NCBI RefSeq assembly: GCF_000406145.1
Contig: NZ_CM001976.1
Coordinates: 2,951,337-2,983,336, forward strand
Reading direction: 5' to 3'
Source of the DNA: Dickeya dadantii NCPPB 898
GTDB taxonomy: Bacteria > Pseudomonadota > Gammaproteobacteria > Enterobacterales > Enterobacteriaceae
Length of the DNA stretch: 32,000 bases
The notes beneath the pieces are model-generated. The model searched no databases, was not told the DNA's origin, and saw nothing but the letters and a program-made list of their open reading frames with translations. This document shows positions 9,343-19,825 of the stretch, piece after piece (position 1 is the first letter of the stretch; every line of letters begins with the position of its first letter). The translations under genes and the position numbers were made by a program.

Positions 9343-10363
9343 TCTTTTCCTTTCCGGCGGCGGCCTGCGCGGAACGATACGCCTGTACGGCGCGGTTATG
9401 ATCGTTCAGATTGGTGGTAAATTTGTGTCCACCCTTGCCGTCGGCCACAAAATAGAGATAGCCGGATTTAGCCGGATGCGCGGCGGCGTCGAGGGATGCC
9501 TTGCCCGGCATGGCAATCGGCGTAGGCGGCAACCCGCTGATGACGTAGGTATTGTACGGCGTAGGCGCTTCCAGCGCACTGCGGGTAATGACGCCGTTAT
9601 AGCTGTCCCCCATGCCGTAGATCACCGTCGGATCGGTCTGCAACCGCATACCGATGCGCAGACGATTGATAAATACCGAAGCCACCAGCGGCCGCTCTTC
9701 ATTAATCGCGGTTTCTTTTTCAATCAGCGACGCCATCACCAGCAGTTCGTCCGGGGTTTTATAGGGTAACCCGTCATCCCGCCCCTGCCAGACGTCATTG
9801 AGCATTTTCGTCATCCGCTGGTGTGCACGCTGCAGGATAGACTTGTCGCTCATGCCCGCCGTGTGCAGATACGTATCCGGATAAAACCAGCCCTCAGGGT
9901 TGGGCTTGTCTTTCAACCCCATCGCCTCGGCGATTTCCTGCGGTGTTTTATCATCCAGCGTATGCTTGAGATAAGGTGCCGACTTCAGCGTTTCCTGCCA
10001 GTCTTTCAGGCGCGAACCTTCCACAAACCGCAGCGAAAACTGCGCTTCTTTGCCGCTGGCCAGCAACGCCAGCATGTCGCGCACCGTCATCGCAGGCATC
10101 AGCCGGTAGGTCCCCGCCTTAAACGCCGCCAGTTCCGGCTCCAGATGCAGCAGCCAGGGGAACCAACCGCTGGCGCCAATAATCTGTTGTTCTACCAGCA
10201 GCTCTTTTAGACCTTCACGATTGGTGCCGGCAGGGAGAGTAAAAATGGTTTCCTGTTTGATAGCCAGCGGTGAATCGGCAAAGTGCTGTATCTGTTTCCA
10301 CAGCCCCCAGACGACCATCGCCAGCAGAACAATAATCCCAAGACCCCGTTTTATTCTCTTCAT
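9332..10363 (-). CDS. mltG: endolytic murein transglycosylase MltG (YceG)
   Basis: Track ORF, 343 aa. It has an N-terminal TM helix, [29 protein letters not shown] and [18 protein letters not shown], as in E. coli MltG. Confidence 0.96.
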   Translation of the reverse strand: MKRIKRGLGIIVLLAMVVWGLWKQIQHFADSPLAIKQETIFTLPAGTNREGLKELLVEQQIIGASGWFPWLLHLEPELAAFKAGTYRLMPAMTVRDMLALLASGKEAQFSLRFVEGSRLKDWQETLKSAPYLKHTLDDKTPQEIAEAMGLKDKPNPEGWFYPDTYLHTAGMSDKSILQRAHQRMTKMLNDVWQGRDDGLPYKTPDELLVMASLIEKETAINEERPLVASVFINRLRIGMRLQTDPTVIYGMGDSYNGVITRSALEAPTPYNTYVISGLPPTPIAMPGKASLDAAAHPAKSGYLYFVADGKGGHKFTTNLNDHNRAVQAYRSAQAAAGKEKNEQ

Positions 10364-10369
10364 AACACA

Positions 10370-11173
10370 TCATGACTCACAGTTAGGGCTCAGAAAGTCG
10401 TACAACTCTCGTGAGCGATAACACCAGATATGCGCCTGGTTCACGGGTATCACCGGCATCAATGCATTGCACACCAGCACTTCGTCCGCGTCCGCCAGCG
10501 TTTCCAGCGGTTCGGTCACCACATGCAGTTCATACGCAGATGCCGACAACAGCGCCATAATATGCCGCCGCGCGACGCCGTCAACGCCGGCAAGCGAAAC
10601 ATCCGGCGTGAAAACCCGCTTTCCCTTGCGCCAGAATAAATTAGCCGCACAGCATTCCACCAGCGCCCCGGAAGTGTCAAGCACCAGCGCCTCATCAGCG
10701 CCGGACTGTTCAAGATGCATGCGGATGAACACCTGTTCCAGCCGGTTAAGATGTTTTATCCCCGCTAGCCAGGCGCTCTGCGCCAGCGAAACCGGGCTAA
10801 GCGCCAGCCGGATGCCGTCCTGACGCCAGTGGACGTAATGTTGCGGGTACGCCGCCTGCATCACAATGCGTACTGGTTTGTCGCATCCTGCCGGGCTGTA
10901 GCCGCGGCCGCCGTTGCCCCGACTGATGATGGCTTTCACCACGCCGTCAACCCGGCCCTCGGCGGCTTGCTGCATCTCATCGCTCAGTTGCTGCCAGCCT
11001 GGGTCGGGCAACAACAGTTTTTCCGCCGCCTGCTGCAGCCGCCGAATATGTCGATCCAGCCACACAATACGGCCGTTCACAACCCTGGCCGTGGTGAAAC
11101 AGCCGTCGCCAAACTGTATGCTGCGATCCGATACCGGCAGGTATTGCTCCGCTTTTCCGTCAATCCACCACAT
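10370..11173 (-). CDS. pabC: aminodeoxychorismate lyase
   Basis: Track ORF 10370..11221. Homology to E. coli PabC starts at MWWIDGKAEQYLPVSDRSIQFGDGCFTT (ATG at 11173, with GAGGAG 6 nt upstream). The catalytic-Lys context LAGIKHLNRLEQV is present. Confidence 0.92.
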   Translation of the reverse strand: MWWIDGKAEQYLPVSDRSIQFGDGCFTTARVVNGRIVWLDRHIRRLQQAAEKLLLPDPGWQQLSDEMQQAAEGRVDGVVKAIISRGNGGRGYSPAGCDKPVRIVMQAAYPQHYVHWRQDGIRLALSPVSLAQSAWLAGIKHLNRLEQVFIRMHLEQSGADEALVLDTSGALVECCAANLFWRKGKRVFTPDVSLAGVDGVARRHIMALLSASAYELHVVTEPLETLADADEVLVCNALMPVIPVNQAHIWCYRSRELYDFLSPNCES

Positions 11174-11236
11174 ATTCGTCTCCTCAGCCAGAGGGGGTAA
11201 GCCTGTCAGTCGTCCGGACACCCGGCAAGCGGCACT

Positions 11237-11281
11237 ATCCGATTTTCAGTCATCCGATTTTTAGTCATCCGATTTTCAGTC
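11237..11281. repeat. 3 x 15-bp tandem repeat atccgatttt(c/t)agtc
   Basis: Read directly: atccgattttcagtc / atccgatttttagtc / atccgattttcagtc. It lies between the fabF terminator and the pabC start. Confidence 0.9.
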
Positions 11282-11285
11282 AGGC

Positions 11286-11310
11286 AAAAAAAAGCCCGGC
11301 ATAACCGGGC
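11286..11310 (-). terminator. rho-independent terminator of fabF
   Basis: The minus strand reads GCCCGGttatGCCGGGC followed by TTTTTTTT, about 20 nt after the fabF stop. Confidence 0.88.
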
Positions 11311-11329
11311 TCTTCATTAAAACATCACA

Positions 11330-12568
11330 TCAGACTTTGCGGAACACCAAGGAACCGTTGGTGCCGCCGAAACCAAAGGAGTTACACAACGTGTATTCCA
11401 TATTGGTCACCTGACGCGCCTCGTGCGCCACGAAATCCAGATCGCAGCCTTCATCCGGGTTATCCAGGTTAATGGTCGGCGGAACGGCCTTATCGCGCAA
11501 CGCCTGAATACAGAAGATCGACTCCACCGCGCCCGCCGCACCCAACAGGTGGCCGATCATCGATTTGGTCGAACTAACCAGTACGCGGGTATCCGCACCG
11601 AAAACCGACTTCACCGCCTGCGCCTCGGCTTTATCACCCGCCGCTGTGGACGTACCGTGCGCATTGATATAGCCCACCTGTTCAGTGGTAATACCGGCAT
11701 CACGCAAGGCATTTTCCATCGCCAGCGCCGCGCCGGCGCCGTTTTCCGGCGGAGACGTCATGTGGTAGGCGTCGCTGCTCATACCAAAACCGACGATTTC
11801 AGCGTAGATTTTCGCTCCGCGCTTTTTGGCATGCTCATACTCTTCCAGCACCAGAATACCGGCACCGTCGCCCAGCACGAAGCCATCGCGATCTTTGTCC
11901 CACGGACGGCTTGCCGCCTGCGGGTTATCGTTGCGGGTCGACAAGGCGCGCGCCGCGCCGAATCCGCCAACACCCAGCGGCGTACTGGCTTTTTCCGCCC
12001 CGCCGGCCAACATAACATCGGCATCGTTATACGCGATAATGCGCGCAGCGTGGCCGATGTTATGCACACCAGAAGTACATGCGGTGGCAATGGAAATAGT
12101 CGGTCCACGCAGGCCGAACATGATGCTCAGATGCCCGGCAACCATGTTGACAATGGTAGACGGCACAAAGAACGGACTGATTTTACGCGGGCCGCCATGC
12201 ACCAGCGCGCCATGGTTTTCCTCGATCAGCCCCAGACCACCAATACCCGACCCGATAGCGGCTCCGATACGACTCGCATTGGCTTCCGTCACTTCAAGGC
12301 CGGAATCCTGCATGGCCTGAATGCCGGCTACAACTCCGTATTGAATAAAGGCATCCATCTTGCGCGCTTCTTTGCGCGGGATGAAATCTTCACTGTTAAA
12401 GTCCTTTACTAAGCCAGCAAAACGCGTTGCATAGGCACTAGTATCGAAATGATCAATCAGGCTGATGCCACTCTGACCGGCAAGCAGAGCATTCCAGGTT
12501 GACGCTACTGTATTGCCGACAGGAGATAACATGCCCAGACCAGTCACAACTACTCGACGCTTAGACAC
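11330..12568 (-). CDS. fabF: 3-oxoacyl-ACP synthase II (KAS II)
   Basis: Track ORF, 412 aa with a GTG start as in E. coli. [19 protein letters not shown]..., the active-site ATACTSG and a HGTST...GHLLGAAG pattern are present. Confidence 0.98.
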   Translation of the reverse strand: MSKRRVVVTGLGMLSPVGNTVASTWNALLAGQSGISLIDHFDTSAYATRFAGLVKDFNSEDFIPRKEARKMDAFIQYGVVAGIQAMQDSGLEVTEANASRIGAAIGSGIGGLGLIEENHGALVHGGPRKISPFFVPSTIVNMVAGHLSIMFGLRGPTISIATACTSGVHNIGHAARIIAYNDADVMLAGGAEKASTPLGVGGFGAARALSTRNDNPQAASRPWDKDRDGFVLGDGAGILVLEEYEHAKKRGAKIYAEIVGFGMSSDAYHMTSPPENGAGAALAMENALRDAGITTEQVGYINAHGTSTAAGDKAEAQAVKSVFGADTRVLVSSTKSMIGHLLGAAGAVESIFCIQALRDKAVPPTINLDNPDEGCDLDFVAHEARQVTNMEYTLCNSFGFGGTNGSLVFRKV

Positions 12569-12619
12569 GCTGATCCTCCAGGGAGGGAATAAAAAATGAT
12601 ACAGAGGTAGAATAAAACT

Positions 12620-12641
12620 TAGGCGGTCGAGCGACCGCCTA
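12620..12641 (-). terminator. stem-loop / partial terminator between acpP and fabF
   Basis: The inverted repeat TAGGCGGTCG-ct-CGACCGCCTA starts 12 nt after the acpP stop and is followed on the minus strand by AGTTTTATT. It is probably an attenuating hairpin, as fabF lies downstream. Confidence 0.6.
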
Positions 12642-12652
12642 GATATGTTCGA

Positions 12653-12889
12653 TTACTGCTGATTAGCCTGAATAAAATCGATGGCTGCCTGAACAGTCGT
12701 GATTTTCTCAGCTTCTTCGTCTGGGATCTCGGTATCGAATTCTTCTTCCAATGCCATTACCAGTTCAACAGTGTCAAGAGAATCAGCGCCCAGGTCATCA
12801 ACGAAAGAGGCATTGTTCACGACTTCTTCCGGCTTAACGCCCAGCTGTTCAACGATGATTTTCTTAACGCGTTCTTCGATAGTGCTCAT
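12653..12889 (-). CDS. acpP: acyl carrier protein
   Basis: Track ORF, 78 aa. [18 protein letters not shown]...[19 protein letters not shown] contains the phosphopantetheine Ser in DSLD. The upstream leader ...cgaaaaccatcgcgaaagcgagttttgataggaaatttaagagtATG matches the E. coli acpP leader as I recall it. Confidence 0.99.
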   Translation of the reverse strand: MSTIEERVKKIIVEQLGVKPEEVVNNASFVDDLGADSLDTVELVMALEEEFDTEIPDEEAEKITTVQAAIDFIQANQQ

Positions 12890-13043
12890 ACTCTTAAATT
12901 TCCTATCAAAACTCGCTTTCGCGATGGTTTTCGTAGTGTATAAAATGTTGAAAAAGATGCAACAAAATCAAGACTGGTCGAACCAAGATTTTGTGCTTTT
13001 TGCAGTTTTCGCTGCAAATTAACGCAAATTACGGTGTTGCTTA

Positions 13044-13778
13044 TCAGATCATATACATGCCACCATTGACATGCAATGTTTCGCCAGTAATGTAACCCGC
13101 CTCGTCAGAGGCTAAAAACGCTACAGCACTGGCGATTTCTTTCGCATCACCCAGACGGTTGGCAGGAACATTCGCCAAAATGCCCACACGCTGTTCTTCT
13201 GTCAATGCCCGCGTCATGTCGGTTTCGATAAAGCCCGGCGCCACCACGTTAACGGTGATGCCGCGAGACGCCACTTCCTGCGCCAGCGACTTGCTAAAAC
13301 CAACCAGCCCAGCCTTGGCGGCGGCATAGTTGGCCTGACCGGCGTTGCCGCGGGAACCGATGACAGACCCTACGGTGATGATGCGGCCAAAACGCTTTTT
13401 CATCATGGCGCGCAACACCGCCTTGGAAAGGCGAAAAACGGAGCTCAGGTTGGTATCCAGCACTTCCTGCCAGGCTTCGTCTTTCATACGCATCATCAGA
13501 TCATCACGCGTAATACCGGCGTTATTCACCAGAATATCAATATCGCCAAACGCTTCTTTGATGCTGGCTAAAACGCTTTCAATCGAGGCGCTATCCGTAA
13601 CGTTCAGCGCATAACCTTTGCCTTTTGGTCCCAGCCACTCGCTGATATCCGCCGCCCCTTTGTCACTGGTGGCCGTACCGATTACGGTGGCGCCACGGGC
13701 AGCCAGCGTCTCGGCGATCGCACGACCAATACCACGACTCGCCCCCGTCACCAGGGCAATTTTTCCTTCAAAATTCAT
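13044..13778 (-). CDS. fabG: 3-oxoacyl-ACP reductase
   Basis: Track ORF 13044..13829. The true start is MNFEGKIALVTGASRGIGRAIAE at 13778, giving 244 aa as in E. coli. The SDR motifs TGxxxGIG and YxxxK (YAAAKAG) are present. Confidence 0.97.
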   Translation of the reverse strand: MNFEGKIALVTGASRGIGRAIAETLAARGATVIGTATSDKGAADISEWLGPKGKGYALNVTDSASIESVLASIKEAFGDIDILVNNAGITRDDLMMRMKDEAWQEVLDTNLSSVFRLSKAVLRAMMKKRFGRIITVGSVIGSRGNAGQANYAAAKAGLVGFSKSLAQEVASRGITVNVVAPGFIETDMTRALTEEQRVGILANVPANRLGDAKEIASAVAFLASDEAGYITGETLHVNGGMYMI

Positions 13779-13791
13779 TATCTTCACCGTT

Positions 13792-14721
13792 TTACTGTTC
13801 AAGCGCTGCCGATAAGGAAGCAGGATCATTAATCGCCGTTGCCGTGAGACTATCGACGATTCGTTTGGTCAGCCCGGTTAACACCTTGCCGGGACCGACT
13901 TCCACCAGGGTAACCACCCCCTGAGCGGCCATGTATTCAACGCATTCCGTCCAACGGACCGGGTTATGCAACTGACGCACCAGTGCACTGCGGATAGCTT
14001 CCGGCGCGGATTCGGCGCGGACATCCACATTATTGACCACCGGCACGTCCGGCGCATTAAAGGTCATAGCTTCCAGCGCATCCGCCAGCTTACGGGCCGC
14101 CGGCTCCATCAGCGCACAATGAGAAGGCACGCTGACCGGCAACGGCAATGCACGTTTCGCACCTGCAGCTTTGCAGGCGGCGCCAGCGCGCTCAACCGCT
14201 TCTTTGTTACCGGCGATAACCACCTGTCCCGGCGAGTTGAAGTTGACCGGCGAAACCACCTGGCCTTGCGCCGCTTCGGCACAGGCAGCGGCAATCGCGT
14301 CATTATCCAAACCGATGATGGCATACATTGCGCCAGTCCCTTCCGGCACCGCTTCCTGCATCAGTTTACCGCGCAGTTCAACCAGGCTGACCGCCTGCTT
14401 GAAATCCAGAACGCCGGCGCACACCAGCGCAGAATATTCGCCCAGGCTATGGCCGGACATCAGCGTCGGCAACGCGCCGCCCTGCTGCCGCCAGACGCGC
14501 CAGAGAGCCACAGACGCCGTTAACAGCACCGGTTGGGTCTGCCAGGTCTTGTTCAGTTCTTCCGCCGGCCCCTGCTGGGAAAGCAGCCACAGATCATATC
14601 CCAGAACCGAGGAAGCTTCGTCAAACGTTTCTCTAATCAGCGGGAATTTTTCAGCCAGTTCAGCCAGCATACCCACCGACTGAGAGCCCTGACCGGGAAA
14701 CACCATTGCAAATGTCGTCAT
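13792..14721 (-). CDS. fabD: malonyl-CoA:ACP transacylase
   Basis: Track ORF, 309 aa. FPGQGSQ, the active-site GHSLGEYSA and SVPSHCALM are present, and the length equals E. coli FabD. Confidence 0.98.
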   Translation of the reverse strand: MTTFAMVFPGQGSQSVGMLAELAEKFPLIRETFDEASSVLGYDLWLLSQQGPAEELNKTWQTQPVLLTASVALWRVWRQQGGALPTLMSGHSLGEYSALVCAGVLDFKQAVSLVELRGKLMQEAVPEGTGAMYAIIGLDNDAIAAACAEAAQGQVVSPVNFNSPGQVVIAGNKEAVERAGAACKAAGAKRALPLPVSVPSHCALMEPAARKLADALEAMTFNAPDVPVVNNVDVRAESAPEAIRSALVRQLHNPVRWTECVEYMAAQGVVTLVEVGPGKVLTGLTKRIVDSLTATAINDPASLSAALEQ

Positions 14722-14740
14722 AGTAATACGTCCTGATAAA

Positions 14741-15691
14741 TCAAAAACGAATCAGAGCAGAGCCCCAGGTAAAACCGCCGCCAAATGCTTCCAGCAAAAT
14801 CAACTGCCCGCGCTGAATGCGACCATCGCGGACAGCCTCATCCAGTGCAGAAGGAACGGAAGCGGCAGACGTATTACCGTGACGATCCAGCGTCACCACC
14901 ACTTTATCCATGCCCATGCCGAGTTTTTTAGCGGTGGCGCTGATAATACGCAGGTTTGCCTGATGAGGGACCAGCCAGTCGAGTTCGCTTTTATTCAGGC
15001 CGGACGCATCCAGCGTTTCTTCGACAATATGGGCCAATTCTGTTACAGCGACTTTAAATACTTCGTTACCCGCCATCGTCAAATAAGCAGGCTGCGGTTC
15101 TTGCCGATCCGCATAAGGCAACGTCAGAAGGTTGCCATAGCGACCGTCTGCGTGCAGATGCGTGGAAAGGATTCCCGGCTCTTCCGAGCGGCCCAGCAGG
15201 ACAGCGCCGGCGGCGTCGCCAAAGAGAATCAGGGTCCCACGATCGGCCGGGTCGAGCGTTCTGGACAAGGCATCGGAACCGATGACCAGTGCATAATCCA
15301 CCGCGCCGCTTTTCACATACTGATCGGCCACGCTCAATGCGTAGGCGAATCCTGCGCAGGCGGCGGCAAGATCAAAAGCGATCGTGTCTTTAATGCCCAG
15401 CATCTGCTGGATTTGGCAGGCCGAACTGGGAAAAGCATGGCTGGACGACGTAGTCGCAACGATAAGCAAGCCGACCTGATTATTGTCGAGGCCCGCCATG
15501 TCAAGCGCGTTCTGCGCGGCACGGTACCCCATAGAGGCAACGCTTTCATCCGGCGCAGCAATGCGGCGTTCGCGAATACCGGTACGTGTGACGATCCATT
15601 CGTCCGACGTATCCACCATTTTTTCTAAATCAGCGTTGGTCCTGATTTGTTCGGGTAAATAGCTTCCCGTTCCGAGAATCTTTGTATACAT
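14741..15691 (-). CDS. fabH: 3-oxoacyl-ACP synthase III (KAS III)
   Basis: Track ORF, 316 aa. [33 protein letters not shown]..., AACAGF, HQANLRI and GNTSAAS are present. Confidence 0.98.
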   Translation of the reverse strand: MYTKILGTGSYLPEQIRTNADLEKMVDTSDEWIVTRTGIRERRIAAPDESVASMGYRAAQNALDMAGLDNNQVGLLIVATTSSSHAFPSSACQIQQMLGIKDTIAFDLAAACAGFAYALSVADQYVKSGAVDYALVIGSDALSRTLDPADRGTLILFGDAAGAVLLGRSEEPGILSTHLHADGRYGNLLTLPYADRQEPQPAYLTMAGNEVFKVAVTELAHIVEETLDASGLNKSELDWLVPHQANLRIISATAKKLGMGMDKVVVTLDRHGNTSAASVPSALDEAVRDGRIQRGQLILLEAFGGGFTWGSALIRF

Positions 15692-15697
15692 GTACGC

Positions 15698-16744
15698 TCA
15701 GTCACTCTTGGGTAATACAGCCTGTAGTCGCGACGCAATCCTCTCCGGAAGTTGCCGCTGCACCGTCTGCATCGCCTGTTCAATTGCAACAGCAAACGCA
15801 TTCTGGTTCGCTGCACCGTGGCTTTTTATGACAGTTCCACGTAATCCTAACAGACATGCGCCGTTATAGTGGTCAGGGTTCAGGTGTCCAAAACGCCTGG
15901 CCAGACGCCGTTGCAGCCAGCGCCCTAAAAATTTCAACCACCATGGCTGTGCTTGCCGACTTTCTCCCCTGTCGGACGACCCCTTCAGGAGAGACAGAAA
16001 CATTCGCACTACACCTTCCATAGTTTTCAATGTGACATTTCCCACAAAGCCGTCACAGACCATCACATCCGTTTTGCCGGTCAGTAATTCGTTGCCTTCC
16101 AGATAACCGATATAGTTAATCGAAGGCATGGTTTTCAGTTGCGCTGCCGCACCATGAATACTGGCGAGCCCTTTGCTCTCTTCTTCACCGATGTTCAGCA
16201 ACGCTACGCGCGGATTCTGCAATCCGAGCACTTCTTCCGCCATGACGGAGCCCATCACGGCGAACTGCACTAACATTGCGCTGTCGCAATCAACATTCGC
16301 GCCCAAATCCAGCACCACGCTCTTTCCGTGTTGCTGATGGGGCAGCATTGTCACCAATGCCGGACGATCAATCCCCTCAATGGGTTTGATCAATAATGTC
16401 GCCAGCCCCATCAATGCGCCGGTATTGCCTGCGCTAACGCAGGCCTGCGCGCGCCCTTCCCTGATCAACTCCAGGGCGATACGCATAGATGTCCCCCGAC
16501 TGGCTCGAATAGCCTGGGATGGACGCGCATCGCCAGCGATTACCGATTCAGCCGGCACGATTTCCAAACGGGAAAATAAAGAGGAATCGACTTTAGCGAG
16601 TAATGGAGTAAGCGCAGAAGGGTCGCCAACCAGCAGCAGATGGAGGTCTGGATTAGAAGCCAGTGCCTGCAACGCTGCAGGCACTGTAATGCAGGGACCG
16701 AAATCCCCGCCCATTGCATCTAACGCCAAGGTTAGGCGCGTCAA
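15698..16744 (-). CDS. plsX: phosphate acyltransferase PlsX
   Basis: Track ORF, 348 aa. [17 protein letters not shown]..., SAGNTGALM and VIKSHGAAN are near-identical to E. coli PlsX. Confidence 0.97.
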   Translation of the reverse strand: MTRLTLALDAMGGDFGPCITVPAALQALASNPDLHLLLVGDPSALTPLLAKVDSSLFSRLEIVPAESVIAGDARPSQAIRASRGTSMRIALELIREGRAQACVSAGNTGALMGLATLLIKPIEGIDRPALVTMLPHQQHGKSVVLDLGANVDCDSAMLVQFAVMGSVMAEEVLGLQNPRVALLNIGEEESKGLASIHGAAAQLKTMPSINYIGYLEGNELLTGKTDVMVCDGFVGNVTLKTMEGVVRMFLSLLKGSSDRGESRQAQPWWLKFLGRWLQRRLARRFGHLNPDHYNGACLLGLRGTVIKSHGAANQNAFAVAIEQAMQTVQRQLPERIASRLQAVLPKSD

Positions 16745-16770
16745 AGTGTTTCCTTGCTAAATCGCAGGAA

Positions 16771-16941
16771 TTACTTGGCAACAACCTTGCGACCGCGGTA
16801 GTAACCATCCGCAGTGACGTGGTGACGCAGATGCGTTTCGCCGGAAACTTTATCTACGGATACAGCGGAAGTGGTCAGCGCATCGTGAGCACGACGCATA
16901 CCACGTTTGGAACGGCTAGGTTTATTCTGTTGTACGGCCAT
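16771..16941 (-). CDS. rpmF: 50S ribosomal protein L32
   Basis: This gene is below the ORF-track size cutoff. My manual minus-strand translation is [56 protein letters not shown] (56 aa), close to E. coli L32. It sits between yceD and plsX, as expected. Confidence 0.95.
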   Translation of the reverse strand: MAVQQNKPSRSKRGMRRAHDALTTSAVSVDKVSGETHLRHHVTADGYYRGRKVVAK

Positions 16942-16957
16942 GGACCTTACTCCTTAA

Positions 16958-17479
16958 TTACTTACGCTTTAAACTGGCTAATACGGCAAATGGATTTGGC
17001 TTTTCCGCCTCGGCGGGTAACTGACCAAACACCATATCCGTTTCGGACACTTCACAGTGTTCAGAATCATGCACCGGCGCAATGGGCAAAGAGAGGATAA
17101 GCTCATCTTCAACCATCGCCAGCAAATCAACCTCACCGAACTCATTGACTTCGATAGGTTCATACGCTTCCGGCAAGGCTTCGGCCTGTTCATCACTGAT
17201 GACCGGGCTAAAACAGAATGTGGCGTGGACCTGATGTTCGAAAGGCTTGCCGCAGCGCTGACACAGCAACGTCACCGTCACATCAGCCTGTCCATCAATC
17301 ACCGCCAGCCGTTGGCTGTCAATGCTGAACGACAGCGTCGCATTCACATCACTGTCCACACTAACCACTGATTCGGCAACGCGCATCGCCTGTTCAGCCG
17401 TATAGACACCAACATAATCTAAACGCTTTTGAGCAGTGCGAACCGCATCAAGGGTTAAGGGTAATTTTACCTTTTGCAT
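16958..17479 (-). CDS. yceD: DUF177 protein YceD (large ribosomal subunit accumulation protein)
   Basis: Track ORF, 173 aa. [22 protein letters not shown]...[12 protein letters not shown] is nearly identical to E. coli YceD. Confidence 0.96.
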   Translation of the reverse strand: MQKVKLPLTLDAVRTAQKRLDYVGVYTAEQAMRVAESVVSVDSDVNATLSFSIDSQRLAVIDGQADVTVTLLCQRCGKPFEHQVHATFCFSPVISDEQAEALPEAYEPIEVNEFGEVDLLAMVEDELILSLPIAPVHDSEHCEVSETDMVFGQLPAEAEKPNPFAVLASLKRK

Positions 17480-17639
17480 AGGGCGCGCATATTAACGTCG
17501 TAACGACGGAGAGTCAAAGAAAAAGGTGGCGATGTCAGTGCTTTCACCCAAAATTGCTTTCGCACACCCAAATTCGCTTCCAAAGCGGCAGACAGTTTAA
17601 AATGCATTCTCTGATTACGCTATGACCTGGTTTGCATTT

Positions 17640-18224
17640 ATGTCCCAAATTGTCCTTGCTTCCACTTCCCTTTACCGCAAAGCCCTGCTGGAAAAACTGG
17701 GCCTGCCGTTTGTGTGTGCGGCGCCCGATATCGATGAGACACCTGACGATGGCGAAAGCGCCAGTGAGTTGGTCAGCCGACTGGCGATCGCTAAAGCGCG
17801 TTCGCTGGCCGGGCGATATCCCGACAGCCTTATTATCGGCAGCGATCAGGTCTGTGTGCTAGAGGGCGCTATTACCGGTAAACCCCACACCCGGGAAAAC
17901 GCTATACGTCAACTGCAGCAGGCCAGCGGACGGCGCATCACTTTTTATACCGGACTGGCGCTACTCAACAGCGCAACCACGCGTCTGCAATGCGTGGTAG
18001 AGCCGTTTGATGTATATTTCCGTGCGCTCAGCGTGCGCGAAATCGAACGCTACGTCGATTGTGAACAGCCCTTTGACTGCGCCGGCAGCTTTAAAAGCGA
18101 AGGGCTTGGCATTACGCTGTTTGACCGGTTATCCGGCCGGGATCCCAATACGCTGGTCGGTTTACCGCTGATTACGTTGCTGGAATTATTGCGAGAGGAA
18201 GGCGTGAATCCATTATTACTGTGA
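17640..18224 (+). CDS. yceF: Maf-like nucleoside triphosphate pyrophosphatase (7-methyl-GTP pyrophosphatase) YceF
   Basis: Track ORF 17622..18224. I use the ATG at 17640 ([10 protein letters not shown]...), giving 194 aa as in E. coli YceF. The motifs LASTS, GSDQV and CAGSFKSEG are present. Confidence 0.92.
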   Translation: MSQIVLASTSLYRKALLEKLGLPFVCAAPDIDETPDDGESASELVSRLAIAKARSLAGRYPDSLIIGSDQVCVLEGAITGKPHTRENAIRQLQQASGRRITFYTGLALLNSATTRLQCVVEPFDVYFRALSVREIERYVDCEQPFDCAGSFKSEGLGITLFDRLSGRDPNTLVGLPLITLLELLREEGVNPLLL

Positions 18225-18252
18225 TACTGCCGTGATGACAGCAATGTGCGAA

Positions 18253-18282
18253 CCACGTCCCTTCGGGTAGTCTGGGACGTGG
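18253..18282. terminator. hairpin between convergent yceF and rluC (probable bidirectional terminator)
   Basis: CCACGTCCC-12 nt-GGGACGTGG forms a 9-bp GC-rich stem in the 66-bp gap between the two stop codons. The U-tracts are weak. Confidence 0.5.
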
Positions 18283-18290
18283 GTACAAGC

Positions 18291-19247
18291 TTATTTCTGG
18301 CGCTGCCGCAGAGCCTGCAGGCAATGACGCAAGCCGGCATCAAGCGGCGCTTCAATACGCATCGTCTCACCGGTATGCGGATGCTCAAAACGCAACGCCA
18401 GCGCATGCAGGAACAGGCGTTTAAGCCCGGTACCCGCCAACTGGGCGTCGAATTCACGATCGCCGTAACGATCATCGAACGCTATCGGATGCCCGGCATA
18501 TTGGGTGTGAACGCGAATCTGGTGGGTTCGCCCGGTAATCGGACTGGCGCGCACCAGCGTGGCGCAATCAAACCGTTCTTCTACCTTGAACAGCGTTTCA
18601 GACGGCTTTCCTTCACTATTAACCCGGACAATGCGCTCGCCGCTTTGCAGCACATTTTTCAACAGCGGCGCCTGCACCGCTTTACAGTGCGACTGCCACT
18701 GGCCACGAACCAGCGCCAGATAATCCTTTTGCATCCCCTTGCCGCGCAGTTGCTCGTGTAACGAACGCAACGCCGAACGCTTTTTAGCCACCAGCAGCAC
18801 CCCGGAGGTGTCTCGGTCCAGACGATGAACCAGTTCCAGGAAACGCGCTTCGGGACGCAACGCTCGGAGTCCCTCAATCACGCCGAAGCTTAGCCCGCTG
18901 CCGCCATGCACCGCCGTGCCCGACGGTTTATTCAGGAGCAACAGATAATCATCTTCATAGAGGATGCAATCAACCAGCGCCGAGACTTTATCCAGGCTGG
19001 CGGAAACCGCCGGTTCTTCACGCTCCGACTGACGCACCGGCGGAATACGCACTTCGTCGCCATCCAGCAACTTGTACTCCGGCTTGATGCGTTTTTTATT
19101 TACCCGCACCTCGCCTTTGCGCAGGATGCGATAAATCATGCTCTTCGGCACGCCTTTAAGCCGGGTGCGCAAAAAGTTGTCGATTCGCTGACCGGCTTCC
19201 TCGGAGGAAACCGTCAGAAATTGTACGGTTGGGTTCTCTGTTTTCAT
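18291..19247 (-). CDS. rluC: 23S rRNA pseudouridine(955/2504/2580) synthase RluC
   Basis: Track ORF 18291..19271. Homology to E. coli RluC starts at [10 protein letters not shown] (ATG at 19247). It has an S4 domain ([31 protein letters not shown]) and the catalytic HRLDRDTSG. Confidence 0.95.
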   Translation of the reverse strand: MKTENPTVQFLTVSSEEAGQRIDNFLRTRLKGVPKSMIYRILRKGEVRVNKKRIKPEYKLLDGDEVRIPPVRQSEREEPAVSASLDKVSALVDCILYEDDYLLLLNKPSGTAVHGGSGLSFGVIEGLRALRPEARFLELVHRLDRDTSGVLLVAKKRSALRSLHEQLRGKGMQKDYLALVRGQWQSHCKAVQAPLLKNVLQSGERIVRVNSEGKPSETLFKVEERFDCATLVRASPITGRTHQIRVHTQYAGHPIAFDDRYGDREFDAQLAGTGLKRLFLHALALRFEHPHTGETMRIEAPLDAGLRHCLQALRQRQK

Positions 19248-19460
19248 GGAGGCGGATTCTAAATAGCACACACTGATAGCGCCACATCTTTTTCTATGCT
19301 TAACTGTCAGTCTGGCTTATGAAGATATTGTTACTGTCCGCATCCAGAGTGATTTCAGCATCGACTGACATCAGTTTGGTTAAAAACAGCACAATAAACT
19401 TTATATTGACAGGCAAAGTCACCTTGCTATCGACGTGTCAGCAATGGAATAATGCTTTGG

Positions 19461-19825
19461 CTTTCCGTGCTGATTTCCGGTAAAACAAGGGAAATTGCGG
19501 AATTATTATCTTTGCCGGATTACTCATAAACGCAGCAATGGCGTAAGACGTATTGAATAATCAGGCAGTTAGCGAGCTGTGGTTTGCAGCTTGGCCGGCA
19601 TATGGAATCAGATCTGGCAACCTACTTTCAGAAGCTGTTCCCGCAGTAAATGCGCTGTATTCCATCAGGAAATACAGGCTACCGAAACATGCGCCTCTAT
19701 GCAGGCGACAACCGTGAGGTTGACGCCCCTGCGATAAGACACGAGGCCATCGGTCCCCTCCGGTCATGCCTCCGTTCATCCGCAGCTCTATCAATAATGC
19801 AAGTAAAAATAACGAGTTAAGTACG
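19461..19825 (+). promoter_or_regulatory. rne 5' UTR (RNase E autoregulatory leader, rne5-type)
   Basis: The blocks tttccgtg...aaaacaag, cgcagcaatggcgtaagacgtattga, caggcagttagcg, aaccgtgaggttg and agacacgaggccatcgg are collinear with the ~361-nt E. coli rne leader as I recall it. A candidate promoter is TTGCTA (19424-19429), an 18-nt spacer and AATAAT (19448-19453). The left boundary is approximate. Confidence 0.7.

Noticed and set aside
19302-19376. A long-range inverted repeat, AACTGTCAGTC ... GACTGAcatCAGTT, in the rluC-rne divergent region.
   Set aside because: It has 11 bp with a 3-nt bulge and a ~50-nt loop. That is statistically weak, and it is not obviously positioned relative to either promoter.
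19561-19794. A 77-aa minus-strand ORF inside the rne leader (yceQ-like).
   Set aside because: It lies wholly within a conserved structured 5' UTR. The ORF is most simply a by-product of RNA-level conservation, with no SD seen and no known domain.
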